From Macrostomum lignano (Eukaryota), in contig NIVC01000328.1 in assembly GCA_002269645.1 (NCBI GenBank), positions 101,276 through 165,275 on the forward strand: a DNA stretch of 64,000 nt, in the 5' to 3' direction. The first letter of the stretch is position 1, and each line of letters starts with the position of its first letter. Below the pieces are notes generated by a model. It searched no databases, was not told the DNA's origin, and was given only the letters and a program-made list of their open reading frames with translations. The position numbers were made by a program, and so were the translations under genes. Shown one piece after another: positions 1 to 12,013 of this stretch.

Positions 1-3000
1 AGTTGCTGGGCCAGCCTCCCAGATCCTCAGTTGCTGGGCCAGCCTCCCAGATCCTCAGTTGCTGGGCCAGCCTCCCAGATCCTCAGTTGCTGGGCCAGCC
101 TCCCAGATCCTCAGTTGCTGGGCCAGCCTCCCAGATCCTCAGTTGCTGGGCCAGCCTCCCAGATCCTCAGTTGCTGGGCCAGCCTCCCAGATCCTCAGTT
201 GCTGGGCCAGCCTCCCAGATCCTCAGTTGCTGGGCCAGCCTCCCAGATCCTCAGTTGCTGGGCCAGCCTCCCAGATCCTCAGTTGCTGGGCCAGCCTCCC
301 AGATCCTCAGTTGCTGGGCCAGCCTCCCAGATCCTCAGTTGCTGGGCCAGCCTCCCAGATCCTCAGTTGCTGGGCCAGCCTCCCAGATCCTCAGTTGCTG
401 GGCCAGCCTCCCAGATCCTCAGTTGCTGGGCCAGCCTCCCAGATCCTCAGTTGCTGGGCCAGCCTCCCAGATCCTCAGTTGCTGGGCCAGCCTCCCAGAT
501 CCTCAGTTGCTGGCCAGCCTCCCAGATGTCAGTTGCTGGGCCAGCCTCCCAGATCCTCAGTTGCTGGGCCAGCCTCCCAGATCCTCAGTTGCTGGGCCAG
601 CCTCCCAGATGTCAGTTGCTGGGCCAGCCTCCCAGATGTCAGTTGCTGGGCCAGCCTCCCAGATCCTCAGTTGCTGGGCCAGCCTCCCAGATCCTCAGTT
701 GCTGGGCCAGCCTCCCAGATCCTCAGTTGCTGGGCCAGCCTCCCAGATCCTCAGTTGCTGGGCCAGCCTCCCAGATCCTCAGTTGCTGGGCCAGCCTCCC
801 AGATCCTCAGTTGCTGGGCCAGCCTCCCAGATGTCAGTTGCTGGGCCAGCCTCCCAGATCCTCAGTTGCTGGGCCAGCCTCCCAGATCCTCAGTTGCTGG
901 GCCAGCCTCCCAGATGTCAGTTGCTGGGCCAGCCTCCCAGATCCTCAGTTGCTGGGCCAGCCTCCCAGATGTCAGTTGCTGGGCCAGCCTCCCAGATCCT
1001 CAGTTGCTGGGCCAGCCTCCCAGATCCTCAGTTGCTGGGCCAGCCTCCCAGATCCTCAGTTGCTGGGCCAGCCTCCCAGATCCTCAGTTGCTGGGCCAGC
1101 CTCCCAGATCCTCAGTTGCTGGGCCAGCCTCCCAGATCCTCAGTTGCTGGGCCAGCCTCCCAGATCCTCAGTTGCTGGGCCAGCCTCCCAGATCCTCAGT
1201 TGCTGGGCCAGCCTCCCAGATGTCAGTTGCTGGGCCAGCCTCCCAGATCCTCAGTTGCTGGGCCAGCCTCCCAGATCCTCAGTTGCTGGGCCAGCCTCCC
1301 AGATCCTCAGTTGCTGGGCCAGCCTCCCAGATCCTCAGTTGCTGGGCCAGCCTCCCAGATCCTCAGTTGCTGGGCCAGCCTCCCAGATCCTCAGTTGCTG
1401 GGCCAGCCTCCCAGATCCTCAGTTGCTGGGCCAGCCTCCCAGATCCTCAGTTGCTGGGCCAGCCTCCCAGATCCTCAGTTGCTGGGCCAGCCTCCCAGAT
1501 CCTCAGTTGCTGGGCCAGCCTCCCAGATCCTCAGTTGCTGGGCCAGCCTCCCAGATCCTCAGTTGCTGGCCAGCCTCCCAGATCCTCAGTTGCTGGGCCA
1601 GCCTCCCAGATCCTCAGTTGCTGGGCCAGCCTCCCAGATCCTCAGTTGCTGGGCCAGCCTCCCAGATCCTCAGTTGCTGGGCCAGCCTCCCAGATCCTCA
1701 GTTGCTGGGCCAGCCTCCCAGATCCTCAGTTGCTGGGCCAGCCTCCCAGATGTCAGTTGCTGGGCCAGCCTCCCAGATCCTCAGTTGCTGGGCCAGCCTC
1801 CCAGATGTCAGTTGCTGGGCCAGCCTCCCAGATCCCAGTTGCTGGGCCAGCCTCCCAGATCCTCAGTTGCTGGGCCAGCCTCCCAGATCCTCAGTTGCTG
1901 GGCCAGCCTCCCAGATCCTCAGTTGCTGGGCCAGCCTCCCAGATCCTCAGTTGCTGGGCCAGCCTCCCAGATGTCAGTTGCTGGCCAGCCTCCCAGATCC
2001 TCAGTTGCTGGGCCAGCCTCCCAGATGTCAGTTGCTGGGCCAGCCTCCCAGATGTCAGTTGCTGGGCCAGCCTCCCAGATCCTCAGTTGCTGGGCCAGCC
2101 TCCCAGATCCTCAGTTGCTGGGCCAGCCTCCCAGATCCTCAGTTGCTGGCCAGCCTCCCAGATCCTCAGTTGCTGGGCCAGCCTCCCAGATCTCAGTTGC
2201 TGGCCAGCCTCCCAGATCCTCAGTTGCTGGGCCAGCCTCCCAGATCCTCAGTTGCTGGCCAGCCTCCCAGATCCTCAGTTGCTGGGCCAGCCTCCCAGAT
2301 CCTCAGTTGCTGGGCCAGCCTCCCAGATCCTCAGTTGCTGGGCCAGCCTCCCAGATCCTCAGTTGCTGGCCAGCCTCCCAGATGTCAGTTGCTGGGCCAG
2401 CCTCCCAGATCCTCAGTTGCTGGCCAGCCTCCCAGATCCTCAGTTGCTGGGCCAGCCTCCCAGAGTGTCAGTTGCTGGGCCAGCCTCCCAGATCCTCAGT
2501 TGCTGGGCCAGCCTCCCAGATCCTCAGTTGCTGGGCCAGCCTCCCAGATGTCAGTTGCTGGGCCAGCCTCCCAGATCCTCAGTTGCTGGGCCAGCCTCCC
2601 AGATGTCAGTTGCTGGGCCAGCCTCCCAGATCCTCAGTTGCTGGGCCAGCCTCCCAGATCCTCAGTTGCTGGGCCAGCCTCCCAGATCCTCAGTTGCTGG
2701 GCCAGCCTCCCAGATCCTCAGTTGCTGGGCCAGCCTCCCAGATCCTCAGTTGCTGGGCCAGCCTCCCAGATGTCAGTTGCTGGGCCAGCCTCCAGATCCT
2801 CAGTTGCTGGGCCAGCCTCCCAGATGTCAGTTGCTGGGCCAGCCTCCCAGATGTCAGTTGCTGGGCCAGCCTCCCAGATCCTCAGTTGCTGGGCCAGCCT
2901 CCCAGATGTCAGTTGCTGGGCCAGCCTCCCAGATCCTCAGTTGCTGGCAGCCTCCCAGATCCTCAGTTGCTGGGCCAGCCTCCCAGATGTCAGTTGCTGG

Positions 3001-4971
3001 CCAGCCTCCCAGATCCTCAGTTGCTGGGCCAGCCTCCCAGATCCTCAGTTGCTGGGCCAGCCTCCCAGATCCTCAGTTGCTGGGCCAGCCTCCCAGAGTG
3101 TCAGTTGCTGGCCAGCCTCCCAGATCATCAGTTGCTGGGCCAGCCTCCCAGAGTGTCAGTTGCTGAGCCAGCCTCCCAGATCCTCAGTTGCTGGGCCAGC
3201 CTCCCAGATCCTCAGTTGCTGGGCCAGCCTCCCAGATCCTCAGTTGCTGGGCCAGCCTCCCAGAGTGTCAGTTGCTGGCCAGCCTCCCAGATCCTCAGTT
3301 GCTGGGCCAGCCTCCCAGAGTGTCAGTTGCTGGGCCAGCCTCCCAGAGTGTCAGTTGCTGGGCCAGCCTCCCAGATCATCAGTTGCTGGGCCAGCCTCCC
3401 AGATCCTCAGTTGCTGGGCCAGCCTCCCAGATCCTCAGTTGCTGTGCCAGCCTCCCAGATCCTCAGTTGCTGGGCCAGCCTCCCAGATCTCAGTTGCTGG
3501 CCAGCCTCCCAGATCCTCAGTTGCTGGGCCAGCCTCCCAGATCCTCAGTTGCTGTGCCAGCCTCCCAGATCCTCAGTTGCTGGGCCAGCCTCCCAGAGCG
3601 TCAGTTGCTGGGCCAGCCTCCCAGATCCTCAGTTGCTGGGCCAGCCTCCCAGATCCTCAGTTGCTGGCCAGCCTCCCAGAGTGTCAGTTGTTGGGCCAGC
3701 CTCCCAGATCCTCAGTTGCTGGCCAGCCTCCCAGATCCTCAGTTGCTGGGCCAGCCTCCCAGAGTGTCAGTTGCTGGGCCAGCCTCCCAGATCCTCAGTT
3801 GCTGGGCCAGCCTCCAGATCCTCAGTTGCTGGGCCAGCCTCCCAGAGTGTCAGTTGCTGGGCCAGCCTCCCAGATCCTCAGTTGCTGGGCCAGCCTCCCA
3901 GAGTGTCAGTTGCTGGGCCAGCCTCCCAGATCCTCAGTTGCTGGGCCAGCCTCCCAGATCCTCAGTTGCTGGGCCAGCCTCCCAGATCCTCAGTTGCTGG
4001 GCCAGCCTCCCAGATCCTCAGTTGCCGGGCCAGCCTCTCAGATCATCAGTTGCTGGGCCAGCCTCCCAGAGTGTCAGTTGCTGGGCCAGCCTCCCAGATC
4101 CTCAGTTGCTGGGCCAGCCTCCCAGAGTGTCAGTTGCTGGGCCAGCCTCCCAGAGTGTCAGTTGCTGGGCCAGCCTCCCAGATCCTCAGTTGCTGGGCGA
4201 GCCTCCCAGAGTGTCAGTTGCTGGGCCAGCCTCCCAGATCCTCAGTTGCTGAGCGAGCCTCCCAGATCCTCAGTTGCTGGGCCAGCCTCCCAGAGTGTCA
4301 GTTGCTGAGCCAGCCTCCCAGATCCTCAGTTGCTGGGCCAGCCTCCCAGATCCTCAGTTGCTGGGCCAGCCTCCCAGATCCTCAGTTGCTGGGCCAGCCT
4401 CCCAGAGTGTCAGTTGCTGAGCGAGCCTCCCAGATCATCAGTTGCTGGGCCAGCCTCCCAGAGTGTCAGTTGCTGAGCCAGCCTCCTAGATCCTCAGTTG
4501 CTGGGCCAGCCTCCCAGATCCTCAGTTGCTGGGCCAGCCTCCCAGATCCTCAGTTGCTGGGCCAGCCTCCCAGATCCTCAGTTGCTGGGCCAGCCTCCCA
4601 GATCCTCAGTTGCTGGGCCAGCCTCCCAGAGTGTCAGTTGCTGGGCCAGCCTCCCAGATCATCAGTTGCTGTGCAAGCCTCCCAGATTCTCAGTTGCTGG
4701 GCCAGCCTCCCAGAGTGTCAGTTGCTGGGCCAGCCTCCTAGATCCTCAGTTGCTGGGCCAGCCTCCCAGAGTGTCAGTTGCTGGGCCAGCCTCCCAGATC
4801 ATCAGTTGCTGGGCCAGCCTCCCAGAGTGTCAGTTGCTGGGCCAGCCTCCCAGAGTGTCAGTTGCTGGGCCAGCCTCCCAGAGTGTCAGTTGCTGGGCCA
4901 GCTTCCCAGATCCTCAGTTGCTGGGCCAGCCTCCCAGAGTGTCAGTTGCTGGGCCAGCCTCCCAGATCCTC
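1..4971. repeat. 28-bp tandem satellite (AGTTGCTGGGCCAGCCTCCCAGATCCTC)n, truncated by the window start
   Basis: Direct inspection: roughly 175-180 units with 26-27 bp variants (GATGTC, GAGTGTC, missing G). The long + ORFs arise because the unit has no + strand stop. Confidence 0.98.
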
Positions 4972-5508
4972 AGGCTGTCACAGTCACTGTTACACTACTT
5001 TGTTACACTATCTCGCGCATGCAAATAGAATTTAAAGAATTCAGCCTATACTGCATGCGCTACCTACAATGCAATAATGAATGGACATTGTACACATTGG
5101 ATTAATCCGACAGAAACTGGCCTTCAATAGCACCTGCAGTTACGAGTATGAATGAGAGCTACAATGTATTAGTGGATTTCAGCGCCATCAAACAAACCAC
5201 GCAATGCGCATTCTCATGTAAAGTTAATGCGTTTAAGAAATTATTGTGGACTTTAATTTAGGAAGTAATGGAGGAATAACAACTTACATATTAGCATTAT
5301 GTAGACTGGTAGAAGTAGCAAATGACTAATTTGTTTTACAATTAGCCCTTGAAAACTGGGATTATTTCTGGGCGTCATATTATTCAATTTTTACAAGACA
5401 TCTCAAAGGACTTGACGACGCAAAACATGCAAAAGATAGGCAGAATTATCATTTCCTACATCATTAGCCTTCCAAGTGTTCCAAGACCTGATTTCTTTTC
5501 TAAGAAAA

Positions 5509-8294
5509 TCAGTACACGATGATGACAACAACCAGCATGATTGACACTGCCGTGGCCACCACAACGTGCAACGCCAGTAGGAAGGCTCTCAGACAGTAGC
5601 CAGCCGGCTTTGGCTCAGTTGGACGCGCCTGCGGCTTCTGCAGCGTGCCGGCGTCCTTCTGCCTCTGCTGCTGATAGTCTAGCATGTCCTGCTGGTACTG
5701 GCGCCAGCGCCGCTTGTTCCGGCGCCAATGGTACAGGGTGTGAATCTCCAGAATGATTTCGATCACGAACTGCAGTAGCACGAAGAAGATCAGCAGCCAG
5801 ATGTGGTAATCGATGGTATTAAGAGCTCCGGCGCGCTCCAGGCGCAGGCCGAGAAACAGGTTGATCACAGCTAGGATGTAGGCAATGGTGCCCACTATCC
5901 AGTGGGTCCAGTTGAACCACGGCCGCCTGTCGCTATCGGGATGGCAGCGGCAGAGGGAGATGAGCGGGTTAGCCAGGGTCAAGATGGTCACGATGATGCC
6001 AAGCACAGGGTGGACCAGGTCGGGTAGATCATCCAGTGCGCTGTAGCCCGCGACATCAGCGAAGATTACGATGAATGAGATGAGTGTGAGGATGCAGCAG
6101 GAGGCCATCAGGGCGCGGTGCACCTGGAACCAGGCCAGCTCTTTGCCAAGTAGGCGTGATGGCCATTGCGTCTTGTAGTACCTGCATGGTTTGGTGCAGT
6201 TTTGGGGTGGATGGCGTTGATGAACTGCTCTGAATTGGCGTTTATTGTAGAAGGCGCGCGATACCCCTCTGTGTGAGAGCTAGATTACTACTGCTTGCTA
6301 CACTACTAGCGAGTAGAGTGAAAATTTTTTTAACTTAATCTCTGGTACAATTATGTGAGGGTCTATGAGAATTTCCCGTAGGAAGTTTTCCCGCCGAGGT
6401 TGCCCGCGCGAGTGCTCCCGCCGCGCCGTCCTCTCTCAATGTTTTCCGTGTGCACGATTGAAATCTTTATTCGGCTACTTTACTCAGTGATCTAAATTGA
6501 ATTTCTCACAGCGCCCAAGATCACAGGCACTGCAGTGTAATCCTCTATCTTCGGACTTCTCCCCTGCGAATCACCTGGCCAACAGCATGCCGACGGAGGC
6601 GCACAGAACCCAGGCCAGCACCATCAAACAGCCGTGCGCTTTGGCCCCGCCAGTGCTGGCCGGCCCGACCGAGTCTCCACTCTCCGAAAGTGTCCGAGCC
6701 GGCCCGGTGTAGCGCCAGTCTGGCTTGGCCAGTCCGTCCGATTCCACCGGATTCCGGCCGGGCCGTCGCATGCCAACCGGATGGGCCAGGATCTCCGGAT
6801 GATGAAGCCAGTCCAGCGCTGGATGCTGGAGCCGCAGCCGGGCCCGGCACTCGAGCGTGGCGTAGCCCTGCCCCCTCACCGGCCAGAAGTAGGCGGCCCG
6901 CTCCGGCCTGTCCGCTCCGAACTTCGGCGCGCTGTCGGCCTCGGTCAGTAGGCTGACATCGTCGGCCTCGGAGGCCTGCAGGAAGTAGTAACCGCTGCTG
7001 GCTGAGGTCAGCCGCATGTGGACGCCAGAATCGGTGGGCGTCTTGTAGCAGGCCAGCAGGACGCCTGCAAGGTCGGGTTCGGGGTCACAATTGAGCGAGG
7101 TTGATGGAGACTGATGGCCCTTCTTCAGAAGGACGGGAAGTTATTTGTGAGAACGGGATCCTTTAGGTGGGCAGATATATCTTCTAGACTAGATAGACGT
7201 CCTTCTGAAAGATAGGCAGACACCCCTTCAGAAGGGCAGGCACATCTTCGTGTGGGGGGCAGACCTATTACATGTAGGAAAGACAGACGCCCATTTGCAA
7301 GGACAGACGTCCTTTGGGAGAACAGAAACATTTAGGAAGGGAAGAAGTGCCTTCTGAAGGGCAGACGTCCCTTCTGAAGGGCAGATATCCCTTCTGAAGG
7401 GTAGATATCCCTTCTGAAGGCCATACATCCTTTCTGAAGGGCAGACATCCCTTCTAAAGGACAGACGTTTGTTCTGAAGGGCAGACATCCATTCTGAACG
7501 GCAGACGTTTCTTCTGAAGGACAGACGTCCGTTCTGAAGGGCAGACGTTTCTTCTGAAGGACAGACGTCCGTTCTGATGGGCAGACGTCCCTTCTGAAGG
7601 CCAGACATCCTTTCTGAAGGCCGGACGTCCTTTCTGAAGGGCAGATGTCCCTTCTGAAGGGCGGACGTTCGTTCTGAAGGGCAGACGTCCATTCTGAAGG
7701 GCAGACGTTCGTTCTGAAGGGCAGACGTCCCTTCTGAAGGGCAGATGTCCCTTCTGAAGGGCGGACGTTCGTTCTGAAGGGCAGACGTCCCTTCTGAAGG
7801 ACAGACGCTCGTTCTGGAGGGCAGACGCTCGTTCTGGAGGCCAGACGTCCCTTCTGAAGGGCAGACGTTCGTTCTGAAGGGCAGACATCCCTTCTGAAGG
7901 GCAGAAGTTCATTCTGAAGAGCAGGCCAGTGGGTCTTCTTACCTTGACTGCTCCCTCCCCTGCCAGGCTTGAATCCCGCGGCGATGTAGCCGCCGTCCAG
8001 GCCGACCCGACCGCTCACAGCCAGCTCGATGTCGCCGCCTCCGTCTTCGGCGCGTTGCCATGTAGCCAGGAAGTCGCAGCCGAGGGCCGCAGCGCCGCTC
8101 CAGTGCACGCTGCGGCAGCCGTAGGGACTCCTGATGCAGCCCTGCGTGGTCGGATCGCACAGCACCGGGTACACCGGGGTGCCGGAGCTTTTGCTGCCGC
8201 CCGATGCTCTCGCCGAGTCAGCAGCGAAGGCGGTTTCTCGCAGCGCGGCGGCGAGGCAAATGAAAGTCAGCAGCTGCTGCAGCGGCCGCGGCAT
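5509..8294 (-). CDS. DOMON + cytochrome b561 ferric-chelate reductase-like protein, 3 exons (8294-7943, 7064-6575, 6181-5509), 504 aa
   Basis: GT-AG introns with matching phases (1515 nt total). Signal peptide MPRPLQQLLTFICLAAAL; DOMON-like segment GYIAAGF..GVLLACY; b561 with four heme His (HGCLM, WFQVHR, HPVLG, HWIVG) and the ARYYK..WFQVHR motif of the FRRS1 family. No Reeler domain seen. Confidence 0.9.
7345..7920. repeat. 20-bp minisatellite (TTCTGAAGGGCAGACGTCCC)n inside intron 1 of the reductase gene
   Basis: About 28 degenerate units lying between donor (7942) and acceptor (7065). Confidence 0.95.
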
Positions 8295-8935
8295 GGTCGA
8301 CTCTCCTGTGCCGATGAAAACTTCGAGCCGCGAAATTTGATGCCGTCTTTCGAGAGCTTTTTTGGCTGCAGTTATTGCGACTGAATGTTTGTGCAGAGAT
8401 GAGAAAAAATAGTCAGAGCTTATGAGAACGGTGCTCTGGTAAGGGCCTCTCACTGGGGAGAGGTGGTCGGTGCCCCCAGCCATCTTTGGAGTTGGTTAAA
8501 CTGTGCACTGCAGCATGAAAGAATGCAAAGCCACTGCGGAGCTGCTTTTCCTGCCTCCTGCCCGCCGCTGTGTCAGAGGTGAAAGGCCTGCTTACTGTGT
8601 GCCTTCCTGCCGAGCGGCTCTCCGCTGCGGAGGGCGCGGGGGGAGAGTGGAGAGCCGGCCAACGCGGCTCTGTGTGCTCAGCGTCTCTGCCCCGTTGCGC
8701 TCGTTTTGTGAGTTTTTTGGTGCCGACGCCCTAGCCTGGGGCTAGGTTTAGGCATGAGAACTCATTTCCGTTGGGGGTCTTTATGGTGATCTTTGCTACG
8801 GTGTACAACGAGCATTTCTGAGTGCAATTTCATAATAATATTTTCAGTAAATGACTGCAATATGCGCTTCTGTGTTGCATTTTTTGTAACGCATAAACAT
8901 TACACACTTGGGCAGCGAACTAGTTTAGGAAATTG

Positions 8936-10587
8936 GACTCAGGAGAGTAGACACTCACGGGACTCAGGAGGGTACACACGGGACTCAGGAGAGTACACAC
9001 GGGACTCAGGAGAGTACACACGGGACTCAGGAGAGTACACACGGGACTCAGGAGAGTACACACGGGACTCAGGAGAGTACACACGGGACTCAGGAGAGTA
9101 CACACGGGACTCAGGAGAGTAGACACTCACGGGACTCAGGAGAGTAGACACTCACGGGACTCAGGAGAGTAGACACTCACAGTCTCAGGAGAGTAGACAC
9201 TCACAGTCTCAGGAGAGTAGACACTCCCAGACCCCAGACTCAGGAGAGTAGACACTCACAGTCTCAGGAGAGTAGACACTCCAGACCAGACCCCAGACTC
9301 AGGAGAGTAGACACCCCAGACTCAGGAGAGTAGACACTCACAGTCTCAGGAGAGTAGACACTCCCAGACCCCAGACTCAGGAGAGTAGACACTCCCAGAC
9401 CCCAGACTCAGGAGAGTAGACACTCACAGTCTCAGGAGAGTAGACACTCACAGTCTCAGGAGAGTAGACACTCCCAGACCCCAGACTCAGGAGAGTAGAC
9501 ACTCCCAGACCCCAGACTCAGGAGAGTAGACACTCACAGTCTCAGGAGAGTAGACACTCCCAGACCCCAGACTCAGGAGAGTAGACACTCCCAGACCCCA
9601 GACTCAGGAGAGTAGACACTCACAGTCTCAGGAGAGTAGACACCCCAGACTCAGGAGAGTAGACACCCCAGACTCAGGAGAGTAGACACCCCAGACTCAG
9701 GAGAGTAGACACCCCAGTCTCAGGAGAGTAGACACCCCAGACTCAGGAGAGTAGACACCCCAGACTTAGGAGAGTAGACACTCCCAGACCCCAGACTCAG
9801 GAGAGTAGACACCCCAGACTCAGGAGAGTAGACACTCCCAGACCCCAGACTCAGGAGAGTAGACACTCCCAGACCCCAGACTCAGGAGAGTAGACACCCC
9901 AGACTCAGGAGAGTAGACACCCCAGTCTCAGGAGAGTAGACACCCCAGACTCAGGAGAGTAGACACCCCAGACTCAGGAGAGTAGACACCCCAGACTCAG
10001 GAGAGTAGACACCCCAGACTCAGGAGAGTAGACACTCCCAGACCCCAGACTCAGGAGAGTAGACACTCACAGTCTCAGGAGAGTAGACACCCCAGACTCA
10101 GGAGAGTAGACACCCCAGACTCAGGAGAGTAGACACCCCAGACTCAGGAGAGTAGACACCCCAGTCTCAGGAGAGTAGACACCCCAGACTCAGGAGAGTA
10201 GACACCCCAGACTTAGGAGAGTAGACACTCCCAGACCCCAGACTCAGGAGAGTAGACACCCCAGACTCAGGAGAGTAGACACTCCCAGACCCCAGACTCA
10301 GGAGAGTAGACACTCCCAGACCCCAGACTCAGGAGAGTAGACACCCCAGACTCAGGAGAGTAGACACCCCAGTCTCAGGAGAGTAGACACCCCAGACTCA
10401 GGAGAGTAGACACCCCAGACTCAGGAGAGTAGACACCCCAGACTCAGGAGAGTAGACACCCCAGACTCAGGAGAGTAGACACTCCCAGACCCCAGACTCA
10501 GGAGAGTAGACACTCACAGTCTCAGGAGAGTAGACACCCCAGACTCAGGAGAGTAGACACCCCAGACTCAGGAGAGTAGACACCCCA
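8936..10587. repeat. 21-30 bp minisatellite built on GACTCAGGAGAGTAGACAC with variable spacers
   Basis: Direct inspection; unit type changes along the array (21-mer, then 23-, 25- and 30-mers). Confidence 0.97.
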
Positions 10588-10877
10588 TGGACACCAGCCA
10601 GCCAGCCCCAAAGCAGGCAGAAGTGGAACAGGTCTACCTATAGTAAAATACTAAAGCCATAAAGCTAAGAAATCTTGCCCAAGTAACTATGAAATATGAA
10701 ATATTATATGCTTGATTTCTCCCGATAATGTTAAACTGATCAGAAATCAGATTAGCAATGCTAATCGAGCATTAAAACCATTCGACTGTTTAGCAAGATT
10801 AAAATTGGATTCCCATGCTGGAGCTGAGCCAGTTTTGATAAAATCGATGGCAGCTCAAGCGTGAGTGGCAGCAGAGC

Positions 10878-10884
10878 TATATAA
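10878..10884 (+). promoter_or_regulatory. Possible TATA box (TATATAA) upstream of the small secreted peptide gene
   Basis: About 100 bp upstream of ATG 10981; motif only. Confidence 0.35.
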
Positions 10885-10980
10885 CACTTGGTTTTTTATT
10901 TTTCGGATTTAGACAAGCTATAGTTCTCCCTACAATTTTATCGACACGTCAAAACAGAGCAAACGTCAAATTGCAAAGAA

Positions 10981-11300
10981 ATGACACTCGCCAAGCTCAC
11001 TCTTGTGCTGGTCATTGCGGGTAAGTTACCAGTTGCCAAGGTAGCTGTGATGAAGCCCTGTAGTTGTTGCAGTTCCAATTTCCTGACAATCCCTCGATCC
11101 AAATTCCAGCCGTCATGCTCCAGATGGCCCCTGCCGCTCCTAGCGGCGGCGGCAGCAGGGGACCTGGCGGCAGCGGTGGCGGCGGCGGCGGCAGCGGCCC
11201 GCGGCCCGGAGGCGGAGGACCACCACCAGCTTCGGGAGGCAGTTCGGCGGGAAGCGAGGAGCGAGTCCGGATTGCGATCCCCCAGCTGCCTGAGAAGTGA
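10981..11300 (+). CDS. Small secreted Gly/Pro/Ser-rich peptide, 2 exons (10981-11020, 11110-11300), 76 aa
   Basis: Donor G|GTAAG at 11021 and acceptor TTCCAG at 11109 join in phase 1 to give MTLAKLTLVLVIAAVMLQMAPA-APSGGGSRGPGGSGGGGGGSGPRPGGGGPPPASGGSSAGSEERVRIAIPQLPEK*, with a hydrophobic signal peptide. Confidence 0.72.
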
Positions 11301-11542
11301 ATTGAATCACCCAGCCAGCACAATGGACTGACTACTAGACTGAACTCATGTTTAACAGTGTTCGCATGAAATCTTATTTTGATCTCAAATATAAAGGGAA
11401 GAGAATTTCAATGCATCTCAACTATACCAACGATTGGCGGCAACAGGCAATATAATCACTGTGTCTTTTTCAATAGTGTGCCTTTACGTAACAATCAGAC
11501 TGTACTGGTGATGGATCCAAGATTTTTACGAAGATTCTATAG

Positions 11543-11870
11543 CAAAGGGTCCGGCAAACTTTTTAGAATCTAGTTCATGGCTGCGGGCTAGATATGAGTT
11601 GAAAGGAGAGGAGATAGAAGATAGAGATGAAAGAAGAGAGGAGATGCGAGAGATGGGATGAGAGAAAAGATAGAACATACGAAGAGAGAAGAGGGGAGAG
11701 AGGGGAGAGAGGGGAGGATAGGGAGGGGAGAGGGGCGAGAAGAGAAAGGAGAGGGGAGGAGAGAGAAGAGAGAGCTGAAAAGAGACACAAACCTTGAGTG
11801 GGTCCGGTTGCTATTGTGAAGTTTCAAAGGACCGAGGGCCGGATAGAGAGAGGCTTTGCGGCCCGTGGAC
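11543..11870. mobile_element. Degenerate hAT (Charlie-like) MITE copy with GA-rich interior
   Basis: Shares GGGTCCGGCAAACT and TTGCTATTGTGAAGTTTCAA..GAGGGCCGGATAGAGAGGCTT with the copies at 18.2, 20.9, 32.1 and 33.9 kb. Confidence 0.65.
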
Positions 11871-12013
11871 TCTATAGCAATACGGTTAATTTATCGGAAT
11901 GTATAAATAATAGCGCTAACTATTATATCAAACTTTAGAACAGTTACAATACGTGTGAATGAAGTTTCTGAACGATAAAAAACGATAAAGACAGCATAAA
12001 GTCCATACAAATC

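Noticed and set aside
3-5105. 1700-, 1425- and 1035-aa ORFs
   Set aside because: A 28-bp unit without + strand stops opens all three frames; frequent 1-2 bp indels show no frame constraint.
7332-8483. 383-aa ORF running through the 20-bp repeat
   Set aside because: Only 8294-7943 is exon; a consensus donor at 7942 splices in phase to 7064, so the rest is intron read-through.
1-10587. CRISPR-like arrays
   Set aside because: Repeats are head-to-tail without unique spacers, there are no cas genes, and the DNA is eukaryotic.
10981-11331. Unspliced 116-aa ORF
   Set aside because: The spliced form gives a coherent signal peptide and uses strong splice sites; the unspliced form does not.
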